A stretch of DNA of 63,999 nucleotides, the filler included, from Sphacelaria rigidula (taxonomy: Eukaryota): assembly GCA_964200075.2 (NCBI GenBank). It is 6 parts of 6 records of this genome, joined end to end, with 100 filler letters (N's around TTAATTAATTAA, not from the genome) between each part and the next. Parts side by side here need not be neighbours in the genome. Positions count along the whole stretch, not along the records: positions 32,055 to 42,637 come from CAXNAA020006243.1; positions 42,738 to 53,320 come from CAXNAA020006244.1; 4 more parts are not named here. The stretch is one strand, 5' to 3'. Every line of letters starts with the position of its first letter. The first letter of the stretch is position 1. The notes below the pieces were generated by a model, which had not been told where the DNA came from, did no database searches, and saw only the letters and a list, made by a program, of their open reading frames with translations. Of this stretch, positions 38,530 through 50,949 are shown piece after piece. Made by a program: the position numbers and the translations under genes.

Positions 38530-38960
38530 CCCTTAGACCGCGGTGCGGGTAGTCCATCCGGATCACGCATACTTTTTTCAAGTGAAAATTGATGCCGATT
38601 CAGCAGGTGACCTACCCTCGCGGTCTATCGGAGGGGACCTGAAGAAAGGGGAACATCATGGAATGTCATAAACTAATGCTAACGCTAATACTAACAGTAA
38701 CACTAACCCCGACCCAAGGCGCACGACACTCTCGGGCGAGGAGGGGGCATAGTTTCCCCTAGGCAAATTGTGCGTTGGCAGACTTCGAATCGTCGCGATG
38801 GGCACCGATTGCGATAAAAACACCTTCTGGACGAGATTGGTCCACTGCTCACCTGCCCCAAACCATAGTGTTTTTCAGAGCTTCATCAACTCTGAAATCG
38901 AGTAGTCATCCCTGTCAACCATTGTGTACGAATATTTCATCAGGTCTACTGCTCTAAGGG
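38530..38960. mobile_element. piggyBac-like MITE flanked by TCAA, containing a telomere-repeat element
   Basis: tcaa-cccttagaccgcgg…ctctaaggg-tcaa. Confidence 0.65.
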
Positions 38961-41900
38961 TCAACGGGCCTCTTATTATGCTAGAAGCCAACGTGTCGTG
39001 TAACAATTTGAAAGGTGAATGCCACGCCGTTCGAAAAAAAGGTCACTCTCAATTATATGTTGAACTCTCTATCTCATGAAAACAATGTTCTAAATGTCTC
39101 GCAGACACATAAGCTTCTAGGGGTTTGATCGAAGGTTCAAATTCAACACCTGTCGAACATTCCACACATCCGATATATCAACCATCTGCACTATCAAGAG
39201 TCATTCATGGGTGTAATCTATTATGAAGCCCTTGGACAAGGGTGAGGTATTGGCATGTCGTGAAAACCGGCGAGGGTTGGATGCGCGTGCTTGCGCTCAT
39301 TGCCCGAACGGTTGCTGCGATTACTCATCGCCAATGTCATCGATTGGGATGCGATGTTTTGCATCATCTGCGCCAAGACAACAGCTACAACTTGATCGGT
39401 CATTTTTTTTATCTCATCGGGATCCGAGTTTTAGAACAAATCAAGTGGGGAAAATATGTTTTTTTTCGCGATTTTCTCTATCACCATTACTCCTTTAATT
39501 CCACAATAGTGCCAGATTGTAGCTTGGACAAATACACGCCGGTGAATAGCCAAGGCACGCCGGTGAGTAGTCCGAGACGACGAAATGGGGAATCGTCAAG
39601 TGGAAACCCCACTCAAATCACAAGTACTTTGAGGAATTGTACGGTGTGTATATCAGGGGATGAATGAGATCTTCGGTCTGTTCGCGCCTTTGGTCGGTGA
39701 CACTTTTTCTCCCCCTTTTGGGGGGGTCAGGGCACCCATAACTGTACTTTGTACCATGAGAATTCTGCGAGCACACGCGGCCATTCGGCTACCCCGTGGA
39801 GAGTTTTCCAAACTTCACCCTCGGTTTCGTCTGTTTTGAAATCCCCGCTAGAGAATCTGGGGTATTCGCAATCCTCGAGATGATTTTCAATGTCGGGGCC
39901 CCCGAAGGTTTGTGTCAATATTAAAATACCCTGGATTACCTATGAAGGCACTAGTGCTGTGAAAATCTGGAATTTGTTCAACCTCTGCTGTTCGAAATGA
40001 ATCCTGATTCCAAATTTGGAATCGGGCAAAAAAAAATCGAACAGCAGAGGCTGTACAAATCTCATATACACCCGCAGATGGAATTTGTACACCCGAAACT
40101 GTACGGAATAAATTCCCATTTTGCCCGCCAATACCGAAAATTGGGCAAAAAATGACTTTTTCGCGAGCAGCTCTTGCTGTTCAAGTCCCACATACTGCAC
40201 CGCATCGGCGGATGAGATTCGAGAGGCAGCAGAAATTGTTGAAACTAATCCTTTTGCCCTCCAATTCATATATTTATATATACATATATACTGGGCGAAA
40301 GGATTAATTTCTCCGACAGCCTCGGCTGTATGCAGAAACGCGAGCAAGTCTCGTCACGGTACATACTATGTATTTATGGTGATACATGATCACAACAATA
40401 AACGGTACTGGACTGTACAATACCATGCAGGACAATGCCAAACCGTGCTTATACGTGCGGTGCCATATACTGCAACGTTAGCGCCGCATGTGCGCTACGT
40501 ATGGCTAAACAAAGTGGATGCTCGCAGCTTATTTTGAAATATGGGCGTATTACATACTGTCAGGAACGGCAGGTCACACGCGCGTTCTTGCAGCACAAGC
40601 GCACAGCTGCAGCCCAGTAAGTAGGACGTGAAAGGGAAGCGGGCAAAGTACAGTACAGACAGCACAGCACTATGTATCTATATGTTCTCTACCTACAGTG
40701 CGAGTTGAAAAGGACTTGAACAACGTGCAGCTTTGTACGACCCGCACCATCCATGATGAGTGTATGTATGCAATGAGCCGGTGATTCCCCACCCTATACC
40801 TCACGGGGTTCCGTCACCGCGCGATGCCGCGACCATGAAAGAAGATGCTCAAGTTTCCACCAACAAGAAGTAAATCATACCCAATCACGGCAGCGTGTAT
40901 CTATATCCTTATGCCCAACTCGTGCTCTTTGCTGCAGGGTTGTGGTGGTAGCTGAGACTAAGTGTTGTGGGGTTTGCACGGTTTGATATGTGAACGGTGG
41001 GTGATACATATATCTCCGGGTGATCGTCTATATGCACATGTATCACTTCACATTTTTCACCACTTTTGACGACTTTTCTCTGGCGGCGAGGCATTGCATT
41101 CCACGCTTTCTTTTGCAGTGCACTGAGAAGGATCAGCGGTACATTACCGTTCAGGTCTGAATGTCATCTGATACCCGTGGCGCGTGTTCTGGCCATCGAA
41201 AGTCGCTCGAACTGGCTCTTTTTCGCGGGGTGTCTCTCCTGAACCGCAAAAGCCTTTCCAAGATGATGGAAAACTTGAAACAGGAACCCGAACCACAAGA
41301 GCCTGTGAAAGATGATGAAACATACTTTTGGTGGGGTAATGTTTCCCCGTGTTTCTCTTTGTCGCATTCTCGTTCATTTGGGAGCACGAACACAACAGTG
41401 ATGCCGCCAAAGTCACGAGAAAACGAGACCAAAGCAGTTGAAAACAATTGAACATTGCCTTGGGCTTAGCCAGCAGCAAACACAATACCGTGCAATGAGT
41501 CGTTGGCGAGTTGAAAAAGGCACAGCAGTATGGCAGCACAGGGGAGGAGTGTGAAAAACCATCACCCTGTTGTAAAAAACGGCCCGGTGATTTGGGAGCT
41601 ACAGGCAGTGATGGGCAATCGTTTCAAACAAGAACCACCACTCTGCGGAATATATGGCTAAGTAGCCAGCTAGCTAGCTCGCTAGGCGACAGCATCAGGC
41701 AACACCACAGACTGTACATTTTGCTTTCGAAACAAGACCGTACAGTTCAGCAAGTCCGCAATCATCGGGTTGGAGAGCTAAAGGGTTTTTACTCTCTTCA
41801 TTTTCGAAACAAGACCATCCAGTACAATAAGCCCGCAACCATGAGTGCGGAGGACTCAGGGGTTTCTTTCCGAACACAAGAATAATGGCATGCATGTGCA

Positions 41901-42737
41901 CTAACGACTACCGCACTCGAGCGAATATGCGGCTAGTTAGATAGCCACGCGACATTATGTGGCGGCACCACAAGCTTCACTTCGGTCGTACTATATCAGT
42001 GAAATTTGTGGAACGGTGCATGGTCACTCGTGTACAGTTCAGACAGCCTGTACTGTCTGCACTACTTGCAAGGAGGGTGTATTGAGAGCGTGTGTGCGTG
42101 TTTCGTACAGGAGGACATAAAGGAGAAGTGGGCAACGTGCAGTGCAGACACCCCAGGACTATCAGTTTTCTCTGCTCACAATGCGACGTAAAAAGAACTT
42201 CAGCAAGATGTAGCTTTGTACTGCCTGCACTGTCCATGAGCGTGCACGCAGCTCGATTGCCCACAGTACCACGCAGTTCCGTCGCTGATCCCCACGATGA
42301 GAGAAGATGCGCAAGGTTTCGCCGACAAGAAATTACCGAAGCACACCCCACTACTGCAGCAGTGTATCCATCCCTGTCCTTAACTCGTGTTCTGTGCTGC
42401 AGGGTTGTGGTGGTGGCTGAGAATGAGTTGGATGGGGTTTGCATGGCCCTGTGAACAGGTGTTATCGGGCGTGGCGGTCTGTAGGATAGGAGTCAAGTGC
42501 CGCTTCGTGCCTTTAGACCACGTTTTCGATCGAAAACGATTGTTTTTCACACTTTGCATCGCCCCGCAGAGAGGAGCCTAGCCCACTTTTCAGATTCGCT
42601 TGGCCCCAAGGCATCGAGAGTGGCCCCTGAACAACAANNNNNNNNNNNNNNNNNNNNNNNNNNNNNNNNNNNNNNNNNNNNTTAATTAATTAANNNNNNN
42701 NNNNNNNNNNNNNNNNNNNNNNNNNNNNNNNNNNNNN

Positions 42738-44275
42738 CTCGTTGTGTTTTCGAAAAACATCATCGAGTGCACTCGTCTCGACGAGTGATGGCTCGTCCGA
42801 CGTATGCAGTATTAGCAAATCCTACCGTTGTTTCACCAGGCTTTCACCACGTCTCGCGCGTCACTCGTCGATCACTTCAGTGATTGATGATTGGTCGTAT
42901 CGTTTTCCAGAAAAGACGCCAGTAGGGAGTCATTGCTCGTGACCAAGAAACAGATAACTCAAGCAGACGAGTCACACCACGTGAAAAAGTGGATGACTCG
43001 AGCGCGAGCACTCGGGTCATCGGTCGTTGTGGGAAAAGCCAATACGGCGGGCGCCCTTGTCATTGCTCGTTGTGCAAAAATGAATAGGGCAAGCACACGA
43101 GTCATCGCTCGTTGTGAAAAAATGAATAGGGCGAGCACTCGAGTCATTGCTCAATGTGGAAAAAGCGAATAGGGCGAGCACTCGAGTCATCGCTCGTTGT
43201 GGAAAGAATGAAAAGGGCGAGCACTCGAGTCATTGCTTGTTGGGCGTTAAACGAATAGGGCGAGCACTCGAGTCATCGCTCGTTGTGCGAAAAACAAAAA
43301 GAGCGAGCAGTCGAGTCATTGCTCGTTGTGAAACGAATGAAAAGGGTGAGCAGACGAGTCATTGCTCGTTGTGCAAACCGTGATGACTCGAGCGCACGAG
43401 TCATCGCTCGTTGTAAAAGAGAACGATGAGTCGAGCGCACGAGTCATGCTTCGTTGTGTTTCCCAAAACCATCAACGAGTGCACTCGTCTCGACGAGTGA
43501 TGGCTCGTCCGACGTATGCAATATTACCAAATCCAACCGTTGTTTCCCCAGGCTTTCACCATGTCTCGCGCGTCACTCGTCCATCGCTTCTGATTGATGA
43601 TTGGTCGTTTCATTTTCCAGAAAAGACGCCAGTAAGGGAGTCATTGCTCGTGACCACGAAATGGATGACTCAAGCAGACGAGTCACACCACGTGATAAAG
43701 TGAATGACTCGAGCGCGAGCACTCGAGTCATTGCTCGATGTGGAAAAAACGAAAAGGGCGAGCACTTTTGTCAATGCTCGTTGTGGGGAAAAAGAATAGG
43801 GCGAGCACTCGAATCATCGCTCGTTGTGGAAAAAGTGGATAGAGCGAGCACTCGAGTCATTGCTCGTTGTGCAAAAATTGAATAGGGCGAGCACTCGAGT
43901 CATTGCTCGTTAAGGAAAGATCGAATAGGGCGAACACTCGAGTCATTGCTCGTTGTGCAAAAAACGAAGAGGGCGAGCCCTCGAGTCATTGCTCGTTGTG
44001 AAACAAATAAAAAGGGTGAGCACTCGAGTTATTGCTCGTTGTGCATAAAAAGAATGGGGCGAGCACTCGAGTCATCGCTCGTTGTGAAAAAAAGTAATAA
44101 CTCGAGCGCACGAGTCATGCTCGTTGAAAAAGAAAGTAATCACTCGAGCGCACGAGTCATGCTCGTTGTAAAACAAAGTAATGACTCGAGCGCAGGAGTC
44201 ATGCTCGTTTTGTTTTCGAAAAACATCAACGAGTGCACTCGTCTCGACGAGTGATGGCTCGTCCGACGTACGCAG
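42738..44275. repeat. Higher-order minisatellite: ~39-bp units within ~710-755-bp super-repeats
   Basis: Unit gaatagggcgagcactcgagtcat(t/c)gctcgttgtg+A-run. Block gagtgcactcgtctcgacgagtgatggctcgtccgacgta recurs at ~42766, ~43477 and ~44231. Confidence 0.92.
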
Positions 44276-44279
44276 GTTT

Positions 44280-47200
44280 CAGGGTAGATCTCAATTCAGG
44301 AAATGCACTGATGATACCCGGACAACCACGTCAACTCAGAATGTACGCCCGCCGCCTCAATCAAGATGATAGTGACAAGTGTGCTTCGGCATATGCTGTT
44401 ATTGCCCCGAGGGCTCCGCCTAGCCCCCAGACCGCTGACATCAACGAGTTCCACTGTTCCCACGCTCACGTCCACGAGGATTCACTGAGGAACACGGCGA
44501 AGCAGCAGGGAAAGCAGCTGGCTGGGGAGCTGCAGCCCTGCCGCGGCTGCTCAGAGGCGAAGGGACTGCGAGCACCGATTCCAAGATCGACGCACACGAG
44601 AGCACAAGCGATCAAGACGCCGGGCGAGCTGAAGGTTTCCAGCGTTGATCAAGGTCAAAATGGGGGTGAAGACAGGACGGAAAGCTCGGCAGTGGACACT
44701 TCGCCCAGTGGTTCCTCAAGGGCGCCGTCCTCCCCGCCGAGTTACGTTGGTGGGAGGGGCGGAGCAGCACCGCAGATCCCCGTCAGTAGTGAAGGGGGCG
44801 AAGTGCCTTCACCGTCCCCGCGAGGAGGGGGGGAAGGCGGGGTGATAGCAGAGATCCCCGTTCCAGATTTTGTCAACGATAGCTCACATCGGCATCGGAC
44901 ACTGCCTCGTCGCCCGCACTGACACCCTCTTCCACGGGTCCCTCGCAAGATAGCGGGGGGGGCGGCGACGCTCCTCAACTGCCGAGGACCGAGCAACGCC
45001 GTCTTGCGTGGGCTGACCGGGTACCAACACCAAGGGCGGGGCGTACGAGGAGCCAAACGCGCGAGGCAATGGGGTCGGTGCACGCACGAAACGACACGCT
45101 GTGGCTGGCGGAGCGGACGAAAGAAAGAAGGAAGCGGAGATGGCGCCGGCGGGAATGGCGGAGGACAAATGCTCAACCATGGAGCTGATCACCGCGGCAG
45201 CAGGACAGGTGGCTGGGCAAGACGCAATTGTTTCGACTCAACACGAGTTAGGAAAAAAGCAAGTTTTTTTGTTTTGTCGCAGAGGAAAACAGGGTAGGGC
45301 GGCCTGAATTCGGTCTGCGTCTACCAGTTGGCGTACACGTAAGCGAAATAGAGGCAGCACCGACCAGTATGGGTGACATTGCCAAGTCGGAATTTTGAGA
45401 GGAATGGTGAGGCGCGATGCAGGCCGAGCTAGGAGGTCACGAAAAGGTTGGAACATTTTCGACTGGCCCTGTACCGGAAGCAGCAAACGTGATTTCAGCG
45501 ATGTGGGTTTTTAGTTCGAAGACTGACGCAGACGGTACACGGGTGGCCGCTGGGATGCCTGTAACCTCGGTTTTGGACGTTACAAACGTTGCACAAGGGC
45601 TGTAACGTACAAAATTGAGGTTGCAGGCACCCCAGTGGCCACCCTTGTACTGTAACGAAGGCAAAGGCAAGGTTGGTAGCGCGAGGATGTGGACAACGTT
45701 TTGCAGTCGACTATTTCGAGACTTTCGCGGCAACGCCCTCCATGGCCTCCATCAAACTGGTCATGGCAGTGGCAGTTCAGGAAGAGTGGCTGCTATACCA
45801 TTTTGATGTGACACAGGCTTTTGTTCAAGCGGAAATGGACACTGATGTGTACATGAGATTGCCTGAAGGATGCTCCGTTCTGACAGACGTGACAGTGAAG
45901 CTGGAAAAAACTATTTACGGGATCAAGCAAGCGGGCAGGCAGTGGTCGGGATGATGCGGTGCGAAGCTGATCCATGTGTTTTTACGATGAAGGATGCAGG
46001 AGAAGTACGTGTGATTTTAGTTGCCCATGTGGACGACATCCTCATCAGTGGTCCTGAGGAATATGTAGGAAAGGTGGGAAAACTCCTCAACAAAAATTTC
46101 CCCACGAACAATCTCCGGGAGGTAACCTGTTACATAGGGTGCGCGGTGGATAGAGACTGGGATAGAGGCAAGCTGTCTGTGACGCAGACCACGTTCACGG
46201 ACACGCTCCTGAAGCGTTTTGAGATGAGGGGGTACTCGGAAATCCCTGCCTCTGTTTCTGTGAAGTTGGGGCCGACAACGGGCGAAGACAAGAAGGTGAA
46301 TCGCCCATACCGTAACGCAGTGGGGGCGTTGATGTGGCTGGGAACAGTCACCTGACCCGACATCGCGAATCCAGTACGAGCACTTGCTCGGCAGTCGCAT
46401 GACCCATGCGAGAGGCACTGGCAAGCTGTTGTGAAAGTGTTGAAGTACCTCAATGAGACGAAGGGTTTTGGACTTACGTTCGAGAAAGGTCACGATAGCC
46501 TTTCAGTTTACTGCGATGCAGGCTACGCCAAGAAGGAAACGGATAGGCGTTCGATTTCAGGGGTAGCCGTGATGTACGGTGGTGTGGAGTGATGCTGCGA
46601 CAGGGTCTGCACTTTTTCGGGCCAAAACTGGCCTGATTCAGGGGTTCCTAACAATTAGGAAGTACACAAGAATATGGGTCAGGATATCCCCGTTTGCAAA
46701 TTCATTCAGGAAATCCCTAGCGAATTGGAAGGAAAACCCTGGCGTACTCTCACCTATTTCGAAAGTCGTGTTTTGGGTGAGATAAAGGGTTCCTAACAAT
46801 CCTACTCTCAGGCTGTAAAAGTGCTGACCCTATCGCAGCATCACTCTGTGGTAGTGTCGGCAACGAGCCGCACGCAACACTGCGTAACTCTGTCAACTAC
46901 GGAGGCAGAATACGTGGCAATAGCCGAGGGGGCATAGGAGGGATTGGTTGTGAAGGCAGTGTTGACGTTCCTGCGACCGCAGATTGTGTCGGGAAACAGG
47001 GAAAACCAAGATATTGTTTTGTACGAGGATAACGAGGGAGCAAAAGCTCTGGCCGAGAATCCTCTCAGCTCCAAAAGGAGTAATCACATTGACGTGAGAT
47101 CTCACTTCATGCGAGAGCTGGTGGGGACGGGAAAGATCAGGGTTATACATGTAGGCTCAGGATCGCAGCATGCAGATATTTTGACGAAGCCTCTTTCGAT

Positions 47201-47460
47201 CAGCCTGTTTACGAGGCACAGACGTGTTTTGATGAACTTGGAAGGTGACAAGTAGGTACGATTTTTTGTGTGTATCATTGTGCTCGTGCCGGGTACTTTT
47301 AGATGTTCGAGTGATGCGTTTAGGCGCATTTTGGGTAAAGCCACCCACGCTACTTTGAGGGGAATGGGTTTTGTAGGGCGTTTCCCGACATGTCGTGTAT
47401 CTGCCTTGACCGGCGTCCATGGATTATCTAGATGGAGCACAAGCTGTTGAGAGGAGGGGG
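44280..47460 (+). mobile_element. Degenerate Ty1/Copia retrotransposon (IN Zn finger, RT, RNase H, PPT)
   Basis: HCSHAH…CRGCSEAK. RT MWVFSSK, LVARG, DYFETFA, HFDVTQAF, LEKTIYGIKQAGRQW, HVDD. RNase H YCDAG…RRSISG…LSTTEAEY…YEDNEGA…HIDVR…QHADILTK. PPT gagaggaggggg at 47449-47460. Integrase core is missing; stops and frameshifts. Confidence 0.95.
46587..46846. mobile_element. Sola2-like MITE inserted in Copia RNase H
   Basis: 21-bp TIR gagtgatgctgcga(c/t)agggtc and 4-bp TSD TGTG. Removing it restores …YGGVVVSATSRTQ. Confidence 0.85.
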
Positions 47461-47525
47461 TTTTGCCCGGATGACCGGGTTTCCCCCTTGAACCTTGTTT
47501 TTCTGAGAGGAAAAGCCACGACGAC

Positions 47526-47790
47526 TGATGTACCGGTTCAGAGGGGGTGTTCATGTGAACAGGTACACTGAGTGAACATGCACACGTACGGATAGAATGA
47601 TGCGGACGTGCGGGTACTGGTGGTCGAGTGTGTGTGACTGCAGTATCCCGCTCATGGCAGCTACCGAGCTGCCATGATCCCTCACTCTCAACATATGATC
47701 CCTCAGTCATAGGGTCGACTCAGTCTAGGCACTCTCCAATAATACAAAAGATAAAACTATCTATCCTTCGCCACGGGCCACGGAACATCA
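47526..47790. repeat. LTR-like segment
   Basis: tgatgtaccg…cggaacatca inverted ends downstream of the Copia PPT. No matching TSD, so the parent element is unclear. Confidence 0.35.
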
Positions 47791-48245
47791 TTCAATCCGG
47801 CGACGCAGCGGTCTGTTGATCGACTTTCTCTGAGGGAAAAACTAGAAACTGATGAGATCGAAAGCTCTCTGGTCGCAATCCCGAGAGCATGCAACCCTCG
47901 TCAGTCAGCGACTTTACTGGCGTGTTCTAGGGCCCGAGCTCACTCACGCATTTCAATTTCTCACGTCGCCAGCCAAGAAAAAAGACAGTAAACGAACCGG
48001 GAATCGCACTCAACACTCAGTCAGGGTTGACGAAATACTCTCTAACGGTGGAATTTCACTAATGAAAACCGTCACTGCTTCAAAGGTCAATTTTCCCTTC
48101 ATGTATGACGATATGTCGAGGGCTCGAGTCTCTGCGCAATCGACTGCGGGTGGAGATTGGGCTTGAAATTAATGGGATGGCCAGGGTCTCGAATTCCGCA
48201 GATCCCTGATGCGTTCATGAGGGTCTGGGTCCATAATATGTACGC

Positions 48246-48504
48246 GAGTGATGTTGCGATAGGGTCTGCATTTTTGGGGCCAAAACCGGCCTGATTCAGG
48301 GGTTCCTAACAATTAGGAAGTACACAAGAATATGGGTCAGGATATCCCCGTTTGCAAATCCATTCGGAATATCCCTAGCGAATTGGAAGGAAAACCCTGG
48401 CGTACTCTCACCTATTTCGAAAGTCGTGTTTTGGATGAGATAAAGTGTTCCTAACAATTCTACTCTCAGGCCGTAAAAGTGCTGACCCTATCGCAGCATC
48501 ACTC
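48246..48504. mobile_element. Second Sola2-like MITE copy
   Basis: Closely similar to 46587-46846, with a different 4-bp TSD (ACGC). Confidence 0.85.
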
Positions 48505-48748
48505 ACGCATTTTATTCATAAGGTAGACATTTGATATCTCAACCGATGAGTGCTTTGCATTCTGAGGGTTAAACATTCGCTTCATTAACATCTTCATCTA
48601 AGTTGCTGATATTGAGAATATATATGGTACAACCTATATTCGATGTTTCATGCTCGTTTGCGCCCAAAAGGAGATATATCATGATGCCATAGAGAGCCAC
48701 GCGATATATACTTTCAATCGGATGGGACGCAACAACGAGAGTAAAAAA

Positions 48749-49150
48749 CAGCCTGGATCCGTTATTGAGGTTCATCTCAAAAACAGTGCTTTCCCTGACC
48801 TAAAGTCATGACCGATGAGTTTCATATGGACGATCTCATGCCCCCCGACCTCCCTAAAACTAATTTTGGGGGTCGCCGGTCTTCCGAGCCCCCAAAGCGT
48901 ATGTGCGAAATCACCTTTTTGCATCGATATCGGGGCGAAAAAGGGGACGTTTTCAGCCCGACATTGTTTCTTTCGCATATACGCTTTGGGGGCACGGAAA
49001 ACGGGCGACCCCCGAAACTAGTTACAAGGAGGTCGGGGGGCATGGGGCCGTCCATATGAAGTTCAATGGTCATGACTAAGGGTAAGGGAAAGCACTGTTT
49101 TCGAGTTGAACCTCACCCGAATGTGGAACCTCAAGAACGGATTCAGGCTA
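48749..49150. mobile_element. Fold-back MITE
   Basis: Outer IR agcctggatccgtt/aacggattcaggct; core homologous to 11895-12252. Confidence 0.8.
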
Positions 49151-49399
49151 TTAAAATACGTCGTAAGACAGAAGAGAGAGCATCCACCGACGGCGTATGT
49201 ACGTGCGACTGGCGATCTATCTGTCAAGTACAAGTTACGCACCAACCATAGACACCATAGATTCGTGACTACAACGTACGCATCAACAATTAATTCTTCT
49301 TCGCACAGAAGGGTCACTACAAGCGCTCCTTTTTAGGCCTGTTGCCATGGACGCCGTTCTATTGCAGTCATTAAATGAATAATTTCGATTGGACGTCGG

Positions 49400-49900
49400 C
49401 GAAAGTTGCATACTGCCCATGTATCTGCGTTTCAGAACGGGTTTTTGTTCACCATCGTCTGAAGGGCACAACTCTCTCCTTCAATGCGCTCAGGGCCGAA
49501 GGGAGTACGAGAAGCACTTTGTCAGTTTTGTGCTCGTCTTGTCGATACCGATTGATTCCCAATGCCCCTTTAATGTTCAAGATTGAAAGACCCCGAGGGA
49601 GGTTCGTGTATCGCAAGGCTGTGTTGTATGGTGCTGTCTCAGTAGACAGACTCGCAGAGGATGCCCAGAAACCGCGAAGCTTACCTCCGTCATGGAGCTG
49701 AAGACGAAAGTCTAACGGCATTCATGGGCGCTTATTTGATGAATACAGAATGACATACACAGTCTCTTTCCAAAGCAGAGAAGTGAAGGAGAGTGACAAA
49801 AGTAGAAGATCGAGATCGTCGAACCCAAGCTGCGATCACACTTGGAACAACATCGATTCTGCGTTGCTAGGGGCACATACATCAAACCAGATTGTGTGGT
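49400..49900 (-). pseudogene. Possible hAT transposase C-terminal remnant
   Basis: KVLLVLPSALSALKERV…TKTRS loosely resembles the hAT dimerisation motif LL.LP.SSA..ER.FS…KT..RS. Confidence 0.3.
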
Positions 49901-50669
49901 TTTATTCAACGTGCTGCTGACGCGATAGTCATGCGAACCCTCCTCTAGATCTACTACTGCAGGCGACGAAGCCTAGTTACCTCGCTACAGTAGCCTACTG
50001 CGACAAACTATGGTGGCACATTCTCCACGTCAATACCCCGTGCAAGGCGTTACGTAACAGAGAAATCGGTAAAGGATACACACTGACACGTGACACGACT
50101 CATAATTGTTTTGAACCCTCACACGATCTACCGCGAATATACTATGAAACCGATGTTCAAACACAAGGGCACACAATGCGTTGTCTAGAATCGCAACACC
50201 CCCTTTCGAAGGAGGTGATATAGTCAGGAGGAGTTGTACTGCGGTAGAGGTGCACAAAACGTTTCTGGACCGGCGTACTGGAGTGAGATACAGACTCTCA
50301 CACACTCGCAATAGTGCAGTTAGCAAGAAGTTGCGTCTAAACGTTAGGCGATCCTCTCGCAGGTAATCATCGCACGACGTGAAAAACAGATGTCATTGTT
50401 TCGTTTCACAACGTGAAAATACCTCGCACACGTTTTGGCCAAAATCGTGAACCCGTACCGAAGCACGACTCCAAGATGCTTCACCTAACGTAACACGACA
50501 ATCGACACACAAACTCAACACACACTGTGCTGATGTGCCTTTCGTCGGTCGGTACATTACACCGACTACGTATGAGTGACAATACCAGCTGGTTGGAATT
50601 CAAATCCACATGCATCTACGTGCAGACTTGTATAGCATCAGCTTCTCTTGTTCTTGTTCTTGTTCTTCT

Positions 50670-50925
50670 TGTTGTTGCTGCTGTTGTTGTTGTGTGTGTT
50701 GTCATCTCATTTATTCTGGACGTCAGTCTACACCTTTCGGTGTGTTTGGGCGCATCAACCGGGGTCACACAGGAGGAGGAAGGCCACCACAGGAGTTTTC
50801 TTTTTTGTTTCAGTACTGTACCTTCCTTCTACGGTGCTTGCCTTATATTTTGTCGCGAAAGGGGTTCTGCGCTCCCTTCCCCTCGTCAACCGTGGTGTCG
50901 ACTTTTTTTGTGTACTGTAGCCAAA
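50670..50925 (-). mobile_element. SINE family A, 5'-truncated
   Basis: Reverse complement of the family A 3' half, with a (CAA/CA) tail. Confidence 0.85.
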
Positions 50926-50949
50926 TGATACCAAGCCGTAGGTTTTAGT

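Noticed and set aside
42738..44275. CRISPR array
   Set aside because: The variable parts are only ~8-12 nt, A-rich and related to each other; there are no cas genes; the context is eukaryotic.
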